From Spirochaetales bacterium (GTDB lineage Bacteria > Spirochaetota > Spirochaetia > Treponematales > Treponemataceae), in NCBI GenBank assembly GCA_003246765.1, contig QKDA01000231.1, positions 25 to 64,024 on the forward strand: DNA of 64,000 nucleotides, in the 5' to 3' direction. Positions 16,325 through 25,909 of the stretch are shown in pieces. A program made the position numbers and the translations under genes. The notes under the pieces were generated by a model that was not told the DNA's origin, did no database searches, and saw only the letters and a list, made by a program, of their open reading frames with translations. Positions within the stretch are counted from its first letter, which is position 1. Each line of letters opens with the position of its first letter.

Positions 16325-18316
16325 TTATTTCTTGGATGTCCTGTCGAAGACGGCAAGATCGCCCTGGGGGTTCCCGAAACGTTCAGCGGAACCGCCGCGC
16401 ACGATGAATTGCTCATGCAGCAATTGCGTGGATAGCACGGCGACGACCCGCATGTTGTCCGTGTTGCTCATCTTCGATCCGCCCACCTTGGAGCATTTCT
16501 CGAACAGGCTCCGGACCATCGCGGGATTGAAGATGCCCGCGTCCTTTACCGACGTCCCGAAAACCAGGTCGGTGATCCAATCCGGCGCCCCCGGCGCGAA
16601 GAATGCCGCGGCGTCCGGAGCCCGATAGGGTTGTTTTGGCCTCCGAAGGATGGTTTCCGGGACTAGGTCCGCGAAAGTCTTCTTGAGGATGTGCTTTTCG
16701 TCGAGGGCGAGCAGTTTTTGCCAATGGGGCAATCCGTGCGCGAAATTCGCGAAATCCGGGTCGAGAAACGGGAAACGGCCTTCCACGGAATTTCCCATAA
16801 GCATCCTGTCGCCCTGGGACGAGAGAATATATCCCGGCAGTATCGTATTCAGCTCAAGCCATTGCGCCCTCGCGAGCGGGGACCATTCCGCGCAATCGGC
16901 GGGCATGCGTGACACGAGGGCCTCGTCCACACGCGTATTCCCCTCCGCCAGCCTGAATTCCTCGGTAAGCATACCCTTGAGAGCAGCCGTGGAATCCCAA
17001 CGAGGCCTGTGCGAGAGCGCGGGGTCCTGAGGATCCAGGTTTCGGCCGAAGAATGCCTGAGCGAAGGCGGGGGCCTTCCCGGGCGACCTATCCATCCAGG
17101 GATACAGGAGCTCGGCGGCCCTTGCCCGTTGCGCGGAGGAAGGATCCCGCGCCCAAAACCGCCGGATCATCGCTTCCCGAAAGATGTCGTACCCGCCGAG
17201 CATTTCGTCCGAACCCTCGCCGGTCACGACGACTTTATAGCCCGAAGAGCGCACGAATTTCGAAAGAAGGAACATCGGGGCGGGACCCGCCCGGAGGATG
17301 GGCCGTTCCGCGTGCCACACGACCTCGGGAAATACATTGGCTATGTCGGAGGAGGAAACCCTGACGTCGGTATGCTCGGTTCCGAGGCGGGTCGCCATTT
17401 CGTTCTGGAATGCCCCCTCGTCGAATTCCCCTTCCTCGAAACGGAGGGAGAACGTGCGCAACGGCGCATCCGTGTAGGTGCAGATGATCGCCGCGGTCAC
17501 GGAGGAATCGATTCCCCCTGAAAGGTATGCCCCGACCGGAACGTCGCTCCGAAGAAATCGAAGCTTGGTCGCTTCGATGAGCAGCCTTCTCAGCTCGGCT
17601 CCGTTTTCCTCGATAGAAAGGTTTGTCTCGGGTACTGTCGGCGGGAATTGGTGTCGGTGGTATTGCTCGATCCGGAGCCGTCCGTTGGATAGCAGGGCCC
17701 AGTGGCCCGGAGGCAACTCGGATATGCCCCTATAGGGAGTGCGCGGGGCGACGGGGATCCAGAAGGTGAGTATTTCGTCCAAACCCTCTGGGTCAAAACC
17801 CCTCCCGAGAGTCGGGTCGGCGAAAAGAGCCTTGACTTCCGAGGCGAATATGAATTTCCCGTCGGCGAACGCGTAGTGCAGGGGAACTATTCCCGATGGA
17901 TCGCGGGAGAGCGCGAGTTCTCCGGTTCTTCGATCCCAAAGGGCGAAAGCCCATTGTCCGTTGAACCGGCCGAGGCATTTATGCCCCCACTCTTCCCAGG
18001 CATGAATGATTACCTCGGTATCGGACGAGGTGCTGAAACGGTGGCCCAGGGCTTTCAGTTCCGCCGTGAGCTCGACATAATTGAAAATCTCGCCGTTAAA
18101 GGTGATCCAAATGCTTTCGTTCTCGTTCGCTAAGGGTTGCGTGCCGCCGGCCCGGTCGATGATCGCCAGCCGGGTATGTCCGAGCAGGGCCCGCTCGTCG
18201 CGGAAATATCCCCGGCCGTCGGGTCCCCGGTGGTGCAGACGGTTCATCATAGCGAGAATCAATTCGGGATCCGGCGGGCCGTTACGCGCGGTAACCGCCC
18301 CGCAAATGCCACACAT
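16325..18316 (-). CDS. Asparagine synthase-like glutamine amidotransferase (class II, AsnB family)
   Basis: N-terminal nucleophile MCGICG and PP-loop YLSGGIDSSV. 663 aa. Confidence 0.9.
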   Translation of the reverse strand: MCGICGAVTARNGPPDPELILAMMNRLHHRGPDGRGYFRDERALLGHTRLAIIDRAGGTQPLANENESIWITFNGEIFNYVELTAELKALGHRFSTSSDTEVIIHAWEEWGHKCLGRFNGQWAFALWDRRTGELALSRDPSGIVPLHYAFADGKFIFASEVKALFADPTLGRGFDPEGLDEILTFWIPVAPRTPYRGISELPPGHWALLSNGRLRIEQYHRHQFPPTVPETNLSIEENGAELRRLLIEATKLRFLRSDVPVGAYLSGGIDSSVTAAIICTYTDAPLRTFSLRFEEGEFDEGAFQNEMATRLGTEHTDVRVSSSDIANVFPEVVWHAERPILRAGPAPMFLLSKFVRSSGYKVVVTGEGSDEMLGGYDIFREAMIRRFWARDPSSAQRARAAELLYPWMDRSPGKAPAFAQAFFGRNLDPQDPALSHRPRWDSTAALKGMLTEEFRLAEGNTRVDEALVSRMPADCAEWSPLARAQWLELNTILPGYILSSQGDRMLMGNSVEGRFPFLDPDFANFAHGLPHWQKLLALDEKHILKKTFADLVPETILRRPKQPYRAPDAAAFFAPGAPDWITDLVFGTSVKDAGIFNPAMVRSLFEKCSKVGGSKMSNTDNMRVVAVLSTQLLHEQFIVRGGSAERFGNPQGDLAVFDRTSKK

Positions 18317-18318
18317 CG

Positions 18319-18540
18319 CTATACCCCCAATTTATCAAGTGCTATATCGCGAAGGGCTTCCCGCGAACCCAGGTCGCGCGACGCGATATCCGAGTCTGTA
18401 AGCGTTAGCGAGAGGCATTCCTCCAGGAATAATGCCGCCTCCAGCGCGGATAAGGCCGGGTCGCGCAAAGGCAGCCGCGACGCGTAAAATTCGTCGATGA
18501 TCGAATCGATATCGTTAGCGGTCATTATTAGTTCCCTCAT
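18319..18540 (-). CDS. 73-aa protein, possibly carrier-protein-like
   Basis: LSALEAALFLEECLSLTLTDSDI resembles the ACP helix II region (DSLxxVELxxxLEExFxxxIxDxD), with Ser in LSAL as a possible attachment site. It abuts the asnB-like start (3-nt gap). Confidence 0.35.
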   Translation of the reverse strand: MRELIMTANDIDSIIDEFYASRLPLRDPALSALEAALFLEECLSLTLTDSDIASRDLGSREALRDIALDKLGV

Positions 18541-18555
18541 GTTATGGCAGCCCGA

Positions 18556-19548
18556 TCAAAAGCTTGCTTTCTTTTTCAGCCGTATGGCGCGTAAAACGCT
18601 CAGGAGTACCGCCAGGATGGAGCTTCCCACAAAGCTTCCGCCGAATGCCATCATGACGAATACCGATCTGCGCGGTCCCGATTTTTCGTCGGGGGTTTCG
18701 GCCAATTCAAAGATTTGAAAGATCTGTTCGTATTCCGACGAAAGCTTCGCGGCCTCGAATTGGGGTGAGAGGGTATTGTAGATGCGCTGCTGCACCTCAA
18801 GCTCGTTCGTCAGTTGATTGAATTCTTCCGCGACCGAATACAAACCGGCGCCGAGCTCATTCCCGCTCATGACGCCGTATCTTGTCCGGAGGCTTTGAAG
18901 CCGTTTCTGGATCGTTATGATTTGACCGTCGACCTCGGTGAGCTTTTTTTCAAGCAATTCCCGTTTGCGCTGCTTGTCGAGGTTGTAATTATCCTTTACC
19001 CACCGGTCCAGCAGCTCGACGAGGCGGTTTACGATATCCCGGGCCATGACGGGATCGGTATCGGTATACATGATGCTGAGCATTCCCGTAGTCGGGCTGA
19101 AGTAATACCTCAGATGGCCCATCACCACGTTTCGGGCCTGACCTTTCGCCGATTCGGGTATACCGTACCGGTCATTCAGGCTGAATTCCTTGATCAGGGA
19201 GTCGATCAGCGTCCTGCTCCGTAAGACCTCCATGAGCATGGCGCTGCTGTTGAAGGAATTGGTACCGACTGCCGCGGATGCGCCCATCGCCTCCAGTATC
19301 GTGTCGGCGATGTTGTTCTGGTCGTTTTGCTGCACGATGATGATCGCGTTCGCCGAGTATTGATTCGGCATCGGGCTTTGATCCGGGGGAAGCATTACGC
19401 TGACGTAGCAGTAAACCACGACCGCGGCCGTTACTACGAACGTGACGCTCATTATCAGCCATTTATAGGCCAACAGGATATTCAGGAAATAAATCAATCC
19501 GTCGAGCAGGCTTCGCTCTCCCGGATCCTTAAGGTCTTCTATTACCAC
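18556..19548 (-). CDS. Wzz/GumC-like polysaccharide chain-length determinant, no kinase domain
   Basis: N-terminal TM, then a long coiled periplasmic region and a C-terminal TM (FVMMAFGGSFVGSSILAVLL). This is Wzz-type topology and length. Confidence 0.65.
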   Translation of the reverse strand: MVIEDLKDPGERSLLDGLIYFLNILLAYKWLIMSVTFVVTAAVVVYCYVSVMLPPDQSPMPNQYSANAIIIVQQNDQNNIADTILEAMGASAAVGTNSFNSSAMLMEVLRSRTLIDSLIKEFSLNDRYGIPESAKGQARNVVMGHLRYYFSPTTGMLSIMYTDTDPVMARDIVNRLVELLDRWVKDNYNLDKQRKRELLEKKLTEVDGQIITIQKRLQSLRTRYGVMSGNELGAGLYSVAEEFNQLTNELEVQQRIYNTLSPQFEAAKLSSEYEQIFQIFELAETPDEKSGPRRSVFVMMAFGGSFVGSSILAVLLSVLRAIRLKKKASF

Positions 19549-19626
19549 TTTTTGGCTCTCCCGCGCTCTGATCGCGTATGCTCAAGGCTTTAATTTCTTA
19601 TAATGCGTACTATATCTCAATTTTGA

Positions 19627-19655
19627 TTGAAAACAATAAAACCGCGAGATATCAT
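19627..19655 (+). promoter_or_regulatory. Candidate sigma-70 promoter for the + strand glycosyltransferase operon
   Basis: TTGAAA (19627-19632), 17-nt spacer, TATCAT (19650-19655), in the AT-rich divergent region between wzz and the GT2 gene. Confidence 0.3.
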
Positions 19656-19732
19656 ACTTTTTATACGGAATTTCGATTTCTTCGACATTTCATATAGCGT
19701 TTCGGTTTTTTAACGAGGATGAAAAGTAAGCG

Positions 19733-20731
19733 ATGAGCCAGCATATAATCGATCCGGACGTAACGATAGTAATCGTTTCCTGGAATACTATGGAACTGCT
19801 TCGGCAATGTATCGAATCCGTGGTGCGGGAAACGAAAATAGCCTCATACGAGATCATAGTCGTTGACAACGCCTCCTCGGACGGTAGCGTCGGGATGCTT
19901 CATGTTTCGTTTTCGTCGGTTATCGTGATAGAGAACGCCGAGAATATTGGCTTCGTCGCCGCCAACAACATCGCCTTCGAGCGGGCTCGCGGGCGCTACG
20001 TGCTTCTCCTGAACTCGGATACCCTTCTCCTCGACGACGCCGTGTCTAAAACGATAAAGCGGGCGGATTCCATCCCGGACGGGGCGGTTTTCGGCTGTAA
20101 GGTGTTGAACGCCGACCGGACGATTCAGCGAAACTGCTTTATGTATCCTTCGCCGCTGAATATGCTGATCCAATCGACCTATTTATATAAGCTTTTCCCG
20201 AAAAGCAGGTTTTTCGGCCGCGAATTCATGACGTGGTGGGACTATTCCGTGGAGCGGGACGTCGAGACCATATCGGGATGCTTTTCGCTGGTTCGTCGGG
20301 AAGCCCTGGCCCAGGTTGGACCGATGGACCCGGTTTATTTCTTTTATGGCGACGATCCGGATTGGTGTTTCCGTTTCAGGAAGGCCGGCTGGCGGGTGGT
20401 ATTCGTGCCGGACGGTTCGATCATCCATTACGGCGGGCAGTCGTCCAAGATAAAGAAGCGGGCTTTCCGCCTTCAGCTTTCCGGCAGCCAATTGATATTC
20501 GGCAGGCTGCACAGAAACAGGGCGGCTTTCATGGCCATGAGGCTGCTTACGGCGAATTTTTTCCTCGCCCGCGTACCTTTTTGGGCCATCAAATACATTG
20601 TCGATCGCGGGCACCGGGCCGTGCATGCCGAGACGCTTGGAACGTACCTGCGCGGCGCCTGGTATTCCCTCTTCGATTGGAAGGGCCTGGTAATGAACAG
20701 GAATTATCTGGAACGAAGGTTAACCAGCTGA
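19733..20731 (+). CDS. Family 2 glycosyltransferase
   Basis: VTIVIVSWNTMELLRQCIESV, IIVVDNASSDGS, LLNSD. Confidence 0.85.
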   Translation: MSQHIIDPDVTIVIVSWNTMELLRQCIESVVRETKIASYEIIVVDNASSDGSVGMLHVSFSSVIVIENAENIGFVAANNIAFERARGRYVLLLNSDTLLLDDAVSKTIKRADSIPDGAVFGCKVLNADRTIQRNCFMYPSPLNMLIQSTYLYKLFPKSRFFGREFMTWWDYSVERDVETISGCFSLVRREALAQVGPMDPVYFFYGDDPDWCFRFRKAGWRVVFVPDGSIIHYGGQSSKIKKRAFRLQLSGSQLIFGRLHRNRAAFMAMRLLTANFFLARVPFWAIKYIVDRGHRAVHAETLGTYLRGAWYSLFDWKGLVMNRNYLERRLTS

Positions 20732-20767
20732 TAATAAATACTTTTAAGATTAAAGGAAGTAACGGAA

Positions 20768-21022
20768 ATGAATGGTGTAAAAGAACAGGTACGAGATTTC
20801 ATCGTGGCGAACTTTTTGTTCGGAGACGCCTTCCGCATGCCCGGCGAGGCAGAATCCCTGATAGAGAAGGGGATCATCGACTCCACGGGTATCCTCGAAT
20901 TGATAGGATTTCTTGAATCGACCTTCGATTTCCACGTAGAAGACGCCGAGACGGTCCCCCAGAACCTGGATAGCGTGTCGAATCTCGCTCGGTACATCTC
21001 CGAGAAAAAAAGCGCCGGTTAA
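20768..21022 (+). CDS. Acyl/aminoacyl carrier protein
   Basis: 84 aa with the GIIDSTGILELIGFLESTF phosphopantetheine-attachment pattern (DS motif). Confidence 0.8.
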   Translation: MNGVKEQVRDFIVANFLFGDAFRMPGEAESLIEKGIIDSTGILELIGFLESTFDFHVEDAETVPQNLDSVSNLARYISEKKSAG

Positions 21023-21025
21023 CCC

Positions 21026-21499
21026 GTGAAGTCCCTCGGAAAACGGGCGGATCGACCCCGGACCTTATTGGCCGTCGCCTCGGGCGGAGGCCACTGGACG
21101 CAGTTGCTCAGGCTCCGCCCCGCATTCGAGGGGCTTAACGTGGAATACGTCACGACGAATCCCGATTATCGGGCGGAAGTCGAGGGGAAACTGCACGTGG
21201 TCCAGGACGCGAATATGTGGGACAAGCTGAAATTATTCAGGATGTTCCTGCAGGTCGCCGGAATCGTCCTCTCCGTGAGGCCCGATTTCGTGATCAGTAC
21301 CGGAGCCGCCCCGGGATTCGCGGCGTTGCTCTTCGGCAGGATCGTCGGCGCGAAGACCGTATGGATCGACAGCGTCGCGAATTCAGAGCAATTATCCTCC
21401 TCGGGAAGTAAGGTCGGACCGTTCGCGAACGTATGGCTTACCCAGTGGCGGCATTTGCAGCGGGAGGGCGGTCCCTCCCATAAAGGCAGCGTCTTATGA
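21026..21499 (+). CDS. Alg14-like (PssD-type) glycosyltransferase membrane-anchoring subunit
   Basis: ASGGGHWTQLL, VISTGAAPG, SVANSEQLSSSGSK and TQWRHL fit the Alg14/PssD pattern. GTG start. Confidence 0.7.
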   Translation: MKSLGKRADRPRTLLAVASGGGHWTQLLRLRPAFEGLNVEYVTTNPDYRAEVEGKLHVVQDANMWDKLKLFRMFLQVAGIVLSVRPDFVISTGAAPGFAALLFGRIVGAKTVWIDSVANSEQLSSSGSKVGPFANVWLTQWRHLQREGGPSHKGSVL

Positions 21500-21975
21500 T
21501 TTTCGTGACCGTGGGGACCCAGCTCGCGTTCGATCGACTCGTGACAGCCATGGATACGTGGGCTCGCGAGCATCCCGAGGAGAAAATATTCGCCCAAATT
21601 GGCCCCTCAAAACTCAAGGATTTGGCGTTCCCGAGCGAACCCTTCGTCTCGCCGTCACGGGCGGACGCGCTTTTTCGCGATGCCGACCTTATCGTCTCGC
21701 ACGCGGGAATGGGTTCCATCCTGGCGGCGCTCAAATACAGGAAGCCCCTGATCGTCCTTCCGAGAAGGGCGGATCTCGGCGAGCACCGGAACGATCACCA
21801 GGCTGCGACGGTGAAATGGCTGGGCGACAGGCCCGGGATTCACGGCGCTTCGACGGAACGGGAACTTTTCGGGCTTTTGAACAGCCGCGGCGATTTGACG
21901 GAGGGGCCGGGAATCTCCGATTCCGCCGCCCCGGAATTAATTCACTTTTTGAGAAATTACTTTGACACAAACTGA
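21496..21975 (+). CDS. Alg13-like (PssE-type, GT28 C-terminal domain) glycosyltransferase catalytic subunit
   Basis: MIFVTVGTQLAFDRLV, VSHAGMGSILAAL, EHRNDHQ. Its start overlaps the upstream stop (ATGA). Confidence 0.75.
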   Translation: MIFVTVGTQLAFDRLVTAMDTWAREHPEEKIFAQIGPSKLKDLAFPSEPFVSPSRADALFRDADLIVSHAGMGSILAALKYRKPLIVLPRRADLGEHRNDHQAATVKWLGDRPGIHGASTERELFGLLNSRGDLTEGPGISDSAAPELIHFLRNYFDTN

Positions 21976-23515
21976 TATCGCGTTGACAGACGAAACACCG
22001 ACGGGTGCCGGAACGCCCATGGCGGAGTCCCGGGCGACGGAATCCCCGCCATCGCCGAACGCGGCGCCCTCGACCCTGAACCGGTTGATCCGGGGAACGC
22101 TTTGGAACGGGCTGTCACAGTTCGGTACCCAGGCGTTCAATATGCTCATCACCATTTTACTGGCGCACCGGCTCGTGCCCGACGACTTCGGCCTCTTCGG
22201 CATGGTCGTGGTATTCACCGCGTTCATCGGCTATCTTTCCGAATTCGGGCTTACCGCCGCGCTGATCCAAAGGAAAGACGCGGACCAGCTCGATATCGAT
22301 ACGGTCTTCTGGAGCTCGTTGATACTTTCCGCGGTCCTTTACCTGGCCGTGTACCTTGCCGCTCCCGCGATAGCGTTTTTTTATAAAGAGCCCCGATTAA
22401 CCCTGGTGACGCGGGTGATATTCCTGACTTTTTTGGTCATGCCCCTCAACTACATACCTGAGGTCATACAGACGAAGAAACTGCAGTACGGGATCATCAC
22501 CGCGGCGGAAATAACGAGCGTGATCGTCTCGGGCCTGATCGCGGTCGCGATGGCGTACGCCGGGATGGGGCCATGGAGCCTCGTCGGGCAAGCCCTCTCG
22601 AAAACGGCGGTTCGCGCGGCCGTTCTCGTCGTCCTGACGAGATGGACGCCCAGGTTGGCGTTCTCGATGAAACGGCTCGCCAATCTTGCCGACATGGGCG
22701 TGCACGTTACGCTCAACAACCTGATGATGTTCGCGGCGGATAACGTCGATTACCTCCTCGTCGGCAAATTGCTCGGCCAGAACGCCCTCGGCCTCTACAC
22801 GATGGCCTTTCGCGTCTCCAAATACCCGATACAAAAAATCGTGGGCATTTTCGGGAAGATGCTCTTTCCCGTCTTTTCCACGTTCAACGACGAACCGGAA
22901 CGGGTCAACCGCAATTTTCTCAGGCTGCTGGTTTTCTTTCTCTCCTGGGTAACGCCGGCGCTCATTTTCGGCTTCTTCGCCGCCGAACCGTTGGTGCTCA
23001 TCGTGCTCGGCTACAAGTGGGTGAATATCGTGCCCTTGGTGAAGATATTCATGGTTTACCTGGTCATCAACAGCTTTTGCCTGCAAAACCAGCCGATTTT
23101 CGTCGCCCTCGCCCGCGTCAAGATTTGGAACCTCGTTCAGTTTCTGTCGACGGTCCTCCTTGCGCTGTGCGGTTTTGCGGGCATACGCTTCCTCGGTTTG
23201 CGGGGAATGGCTATCGCCTTTACCGCCGTTACGAGTCTTTCCTTGATAGTGATTTCCGGCATTCTCATCAAAATATTGAAAATGCCCTTCGCTTCCTTTA
23301 TCGTAACGGTAAGGATGCACTTTCTGAATAATATACTGCTCGTTGGGGTGCTTGCGGCCCTGGTCCCCTTCGTCGGGGGTTATTCCCAAAACGAATGGGT
23401 AAGGCTCGCGATACCCGCGATCGCCCTGTGCGCCTGGATGGGCATAGTCAACAGGCGGGATTTGGCCGCGCTGGCGGGAAGACTGGCGGCAAGGCGCCGG
23501 ACGAAAGGAGAATAG
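21962..23515 (+). CDS. Wzx-type (MOP family) polysaccharide flippase
   Basis: About 12-14 predicted TM segments, with an N-terminal block LIRGTLWNGLSQFGTQAFNMLITILLAHRLVPDDFGLFG typical of polysaccharide biosynthesis proteins. The start is uncertain (TTG 21962 or ATG 22019). Confidence 0.75.
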   Translation: MTQTDIALTDETPTGAGTPMAESRATESPPSPNAAPSTLNRLIRGTLWNGLSQFGTQAFNMLITILLAHRLVPDDFGLFGMVVVFTAFIGYLSEFGLTAALIQRKDADQLDIDTVFWSSLILSAVLYLAVYLAAPAIAFFYKEPRLTLVTRVIFLTFLVMPLNYIPEVIQTKKLQYGIITAAEITSVIVSGLIAVAMAYAGMGPWSLVGQALSKTAVRAAVLVVLTRWTPRLAFSMKRLANLADMGVHVTLNNLMMFAADNVDYLLVGKLLGQNALGLYTMAFRVSKYPIQKIVGIFGKMLFPVFSTFNDEPERVNRNFLRLLVFFLSWVTPALIFGFFAAEPLVLIVLGYKWVNIVPLVKIFMVYLVINSFCLQNQPIFVALARVKIWNLVQFLSTVLLALCGFAGIRFLGLRGMAIAFTAVTSLSLIVISGILIKILKMPFASFIVTVRMHFLNNILLVGVLAALVPFVGGYSQNEWVRLAIPAIALCAWMGIVNRRDLAALAGRLAARRRTKGE

Positions 23516-23519
23516 GAAT

Positions 23520-24122
23520 ATGTTCGATACCGGGGCATTCGGGGACGACATGGCGCGATTCTGGAAGATTCGGGATTATCAGGGCAAGTCCGGCCGGCAA
23601 AAATGGAAGCTTTTCTGGCGCACGCCCGGCATGCGGTTCGTAGCCCTGTATCGTTTCCGGTACGCGGCCTGGAGGCTCTATAAACGGAATAAGCTCCTTT
23701 TTTTCCCGCTCCGCGCCTTCTCGGAATGGGCGTATAAACGGGCTGAACGCCGAAGCAATATCCATATCGAAAGTTATTCCGAATTTGGGCCCGGCCTTTT
23801 CATCGCGCACCCGTCCGGTCTTTTTATCGGCGGCACTATCGGCGAAAACTGTTTCCTTCACCAGTTCACCACGATCGGGTGGGGGTATACCGACGGAAAG
23901 CACGGTACCCCCGACATCGGGAAGAACGTGTGGATAGGGCCGAACGTGGTTATCACCGGCAAGATAAGCATCGGCGACAACGCGACGGTCGCGGCAGGGG
24001 CCATCGTCTCGAAAGACGTGCCCCCGAACGCGCTCGTCGCGGGGAATCCCGCCCGGGTCATCGCGATGGATTACCGCAACCCGTATCTTGGCGGCTTGGA
24101 AGAGAACAAGGATGAATCATGA
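23520..24122 (+). CDS. Hexapeptide-repeat O-acetyltransferase (serine acetyltransferase-like)
   Basis: Left-handed beta-helix repeats IGKNVWIGPNVVITGKISIGDNATVAAGAIVSKDVPPNALVAGNPARVI. Confidence 0.8.
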   Translation: MFDTGAFGDDMARFWKIRDYQGKSGRQKWKLFWRTPGMRFVALYRFRYAAWRLYKRNKLLFFPLRAFSEWAYKRAERRSNIHIESYSEFGPGLFIAHPSGLFIGGTIGENCFLHQFTTIGWGYTDGKHGTPDIGKNVWIGPNVVITGKISIGDNATVAAGAIVSKDVPPNALVAGNPARVIAMDYRNPYLGGLEENKDES

Positions 24123-25909
24123 AAGCGTTGCCGGTTCGGACAGTTAGACTAACGGGAATCGCTCTCGCGGCGTTTTTGTTTGCCGGCTGCGATTTCCTGA
24201 TCGAGCGGGCGGAAATATACGCCGGGGTCCGCGATAAGGACTCCGGATCGGGCAATACGTACGTCGGCGTCCAGGGAATAACCCTCGACGCCTACGCGCT
24301 CCAGTTATATGTCGGGGATACGGCGGCCCTGACCGCGACGGCGTCGCCCCAGAACGCGACGGACAAGGCCATCTCGTGGTCAAGCAATTATCCGGGCGTG
24401 GCCGCGGTGGACGCGGCCGGTGCCATAAGCGCGATATCGGCTGGCACGGCGACCATTACCGCGCGGAATCCCTCGAGCGGCCGTTCGGCTAACTGCGTCG
24501 TAACCGTGACCGTCCGCCCGATTCCCGTGACGGGCGTGAGCGTGAATCCGGCCGCGATTACGCTTTCGGTCGGGGACACGACGACCCTGACGGCAGAGAT
24601 CTCCCCCGATAACGCCAGCGATCCGTCTTGCGAATGGGATACCGACGAACGGGGAATCGCGCTCGTCGACGCCAATGGCCGCGTCACCGCGGTTTCCCCC
24701 GGCGATGCCCGCATAAGCGTGAGGGCAACCGACGGAGGTCACGTCGACTATTGCGACGTGACCGTCGTGGACGCGAATCTCGCCTCCCTGTCATTGACCG
24801 GAAGCGTCCATCTGGTGCCGGCTTTCGATCCGGCCCTCGATCGCTATTGCGTCGTAGCCGATGGCGATACCGGCGGAACTTCGGCGATTTTTGCCGTTTC
24901 GGCAACTGCCGTCTCGGCGGCGGCCGGGGTCTCGATCGCCGGCTCAGTCCCGACCGCGGGGGTCGACACGAAAAATCTCTCATTCGATACTACGCTCGAC
25001 GGTTTTACGGTCTCGGTCACCGCGGGTTCGCTCACCAAGACCTACCGCTTTGAGACCATGGCCATTCCCTCGATCGTTTCCCATTGGCCCCTAAGGACTG
25101 GCTTTACCGACGTTCTCGGCAGGCATAACGCAGCCTGGAGGGGCCATCCAACGGATAATTCGGGGCTCGACCCGAATCCCGAATTCTGGACCGGCGACGG
25201 CAGGTCGGGCATACATCTGAGGTACGCATGCAACCCCGCGACCGAAGCCCTCGCCCCGCGGCCGCCTTATTCCGGCGATTGGATCGACGCGGAACCGGAG
25301 GGCCTCACCGAAATAACCGCCATGCAAACCCTTACGGTGTCGTTATGGGTGTATCTCGACGACGAAATGACCGTATATTTCGACGGCTCAGGGCCGGTTC
25401 CCGATCCGATGTCCATTCCTGAGGCTGAACGCACGGCCTACGACGAGGAAACTGCCCACATGAACCTCATCAACAAGGCGGTATACCTGCAATACGGCTG
25501 GCAACTCCGTTACAACTACTATAACGACGACGTTACGCTCCTTTTGCACCATATGCCCGTCGATTACGAGCTGGTTTTGTTCCCGGATTTCAGGGCGACT
25601 TACGCGGGCAAATGGACTCAGCTCACGGTGTGTATCGATAATTCGCCCGGAGACGGGGCGAGGGCGACGGGTTATGTCAACGGCGAAAAAATCGGGGACG
25701 CGTTCTTCGCGGGACAGCATTTCCTTCCCGTTCCCGACGCATTCCCGACCTCGAGGTCCTTTACCGGCCATATGTCGATAGGCGCGTTCTCCCATCCGTG
25801 GGGCGGGCTCGTGACGAACGGCAAGATATCCGACGTGAGGCTGTTCAACGCGCTTATTACCGACGCGGACGCTTCGTATCTATACGGACTTGGGCAGGGC
25901 GCCGAATGA
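24119..25909 (+). CDS. Secreted lipoprotein with two Big_2 Ig-like domains, a cadherin-like repeat and a LamG/concanavalin-like C-terminal domain
   Basis: Lipobox LFAGC. Two VxGI/VxV...L.VGDT..LTA...P.NA.D....W.S repeats, ANLASLSLTG..LVPAFDP, and a C-terminal LTVSLWVY...GxxxNGK lectin-like pattern. Confidence 0.6.
   Translation: MKALPVRTVRLTGIALAAFLFAGCDFLIERAEIYAGVRDKDSGSGNTYVGVQGITLDAYALQLYVGDTAALTATASPQNATDKAISWSSNYPGVAAVDAAGAISAISAGTATITARNPSSGRSANCVVTVTVRPIPVTGVSVNPAAITLSVGDTTTLTAEISPDNASDPSCEWDTDERGIALVDANGRVTAVSPGDARISVRATDGGHVDYCDVTVVDANLASLSLTGSVHLVPAFDPALDRYCVVADGDTGGTSAIFAVSATAVSAAAGVSIAGSVPTAGVDTKNLSFDTTLDGFTVSVTAGSLTKTYRFETMAIPSIVSHWPLRTGFTDVLGRHNAAWRGHPTDNSGLDPNPEFWTGDGRSGIHLRYACNPATEALAPRPPYSGDWIDAEPEGLTEITAMQTLTVSLWVYLDDEMTVYFDGSGPVPDPMSIPEAERTAYDEETAHMNLINKAVYLQYGWQLRYNYYNDDVTLLLHHMPVDYELVLFPDFRATYAGKWTQLTVCIDNSPGDGARATGYVNGEKIGDAFFAGQHFLPVPDAFPTSRSFTGHMSIGAFSHPWGGLVTNGKISDVRLFNALITDADASYLYGLGQGAE

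Noticed and set aside
16325-18316. The AsnB homologue might be a lasso-peptide cyclase, which together with the PqqD, HprK-like kinase, nucleotidyltransferase and ABC genes would make a dispersed lasso cluster.
   Set aside because: It keeps an intact glutaminase nucleophile (MCGICG) and sits in an operon with wzz and a NadE-like enzyme. No transglutaminase-type B2 leader protease is present anywhere in the window. An EPS amidation role is more parsimonious.
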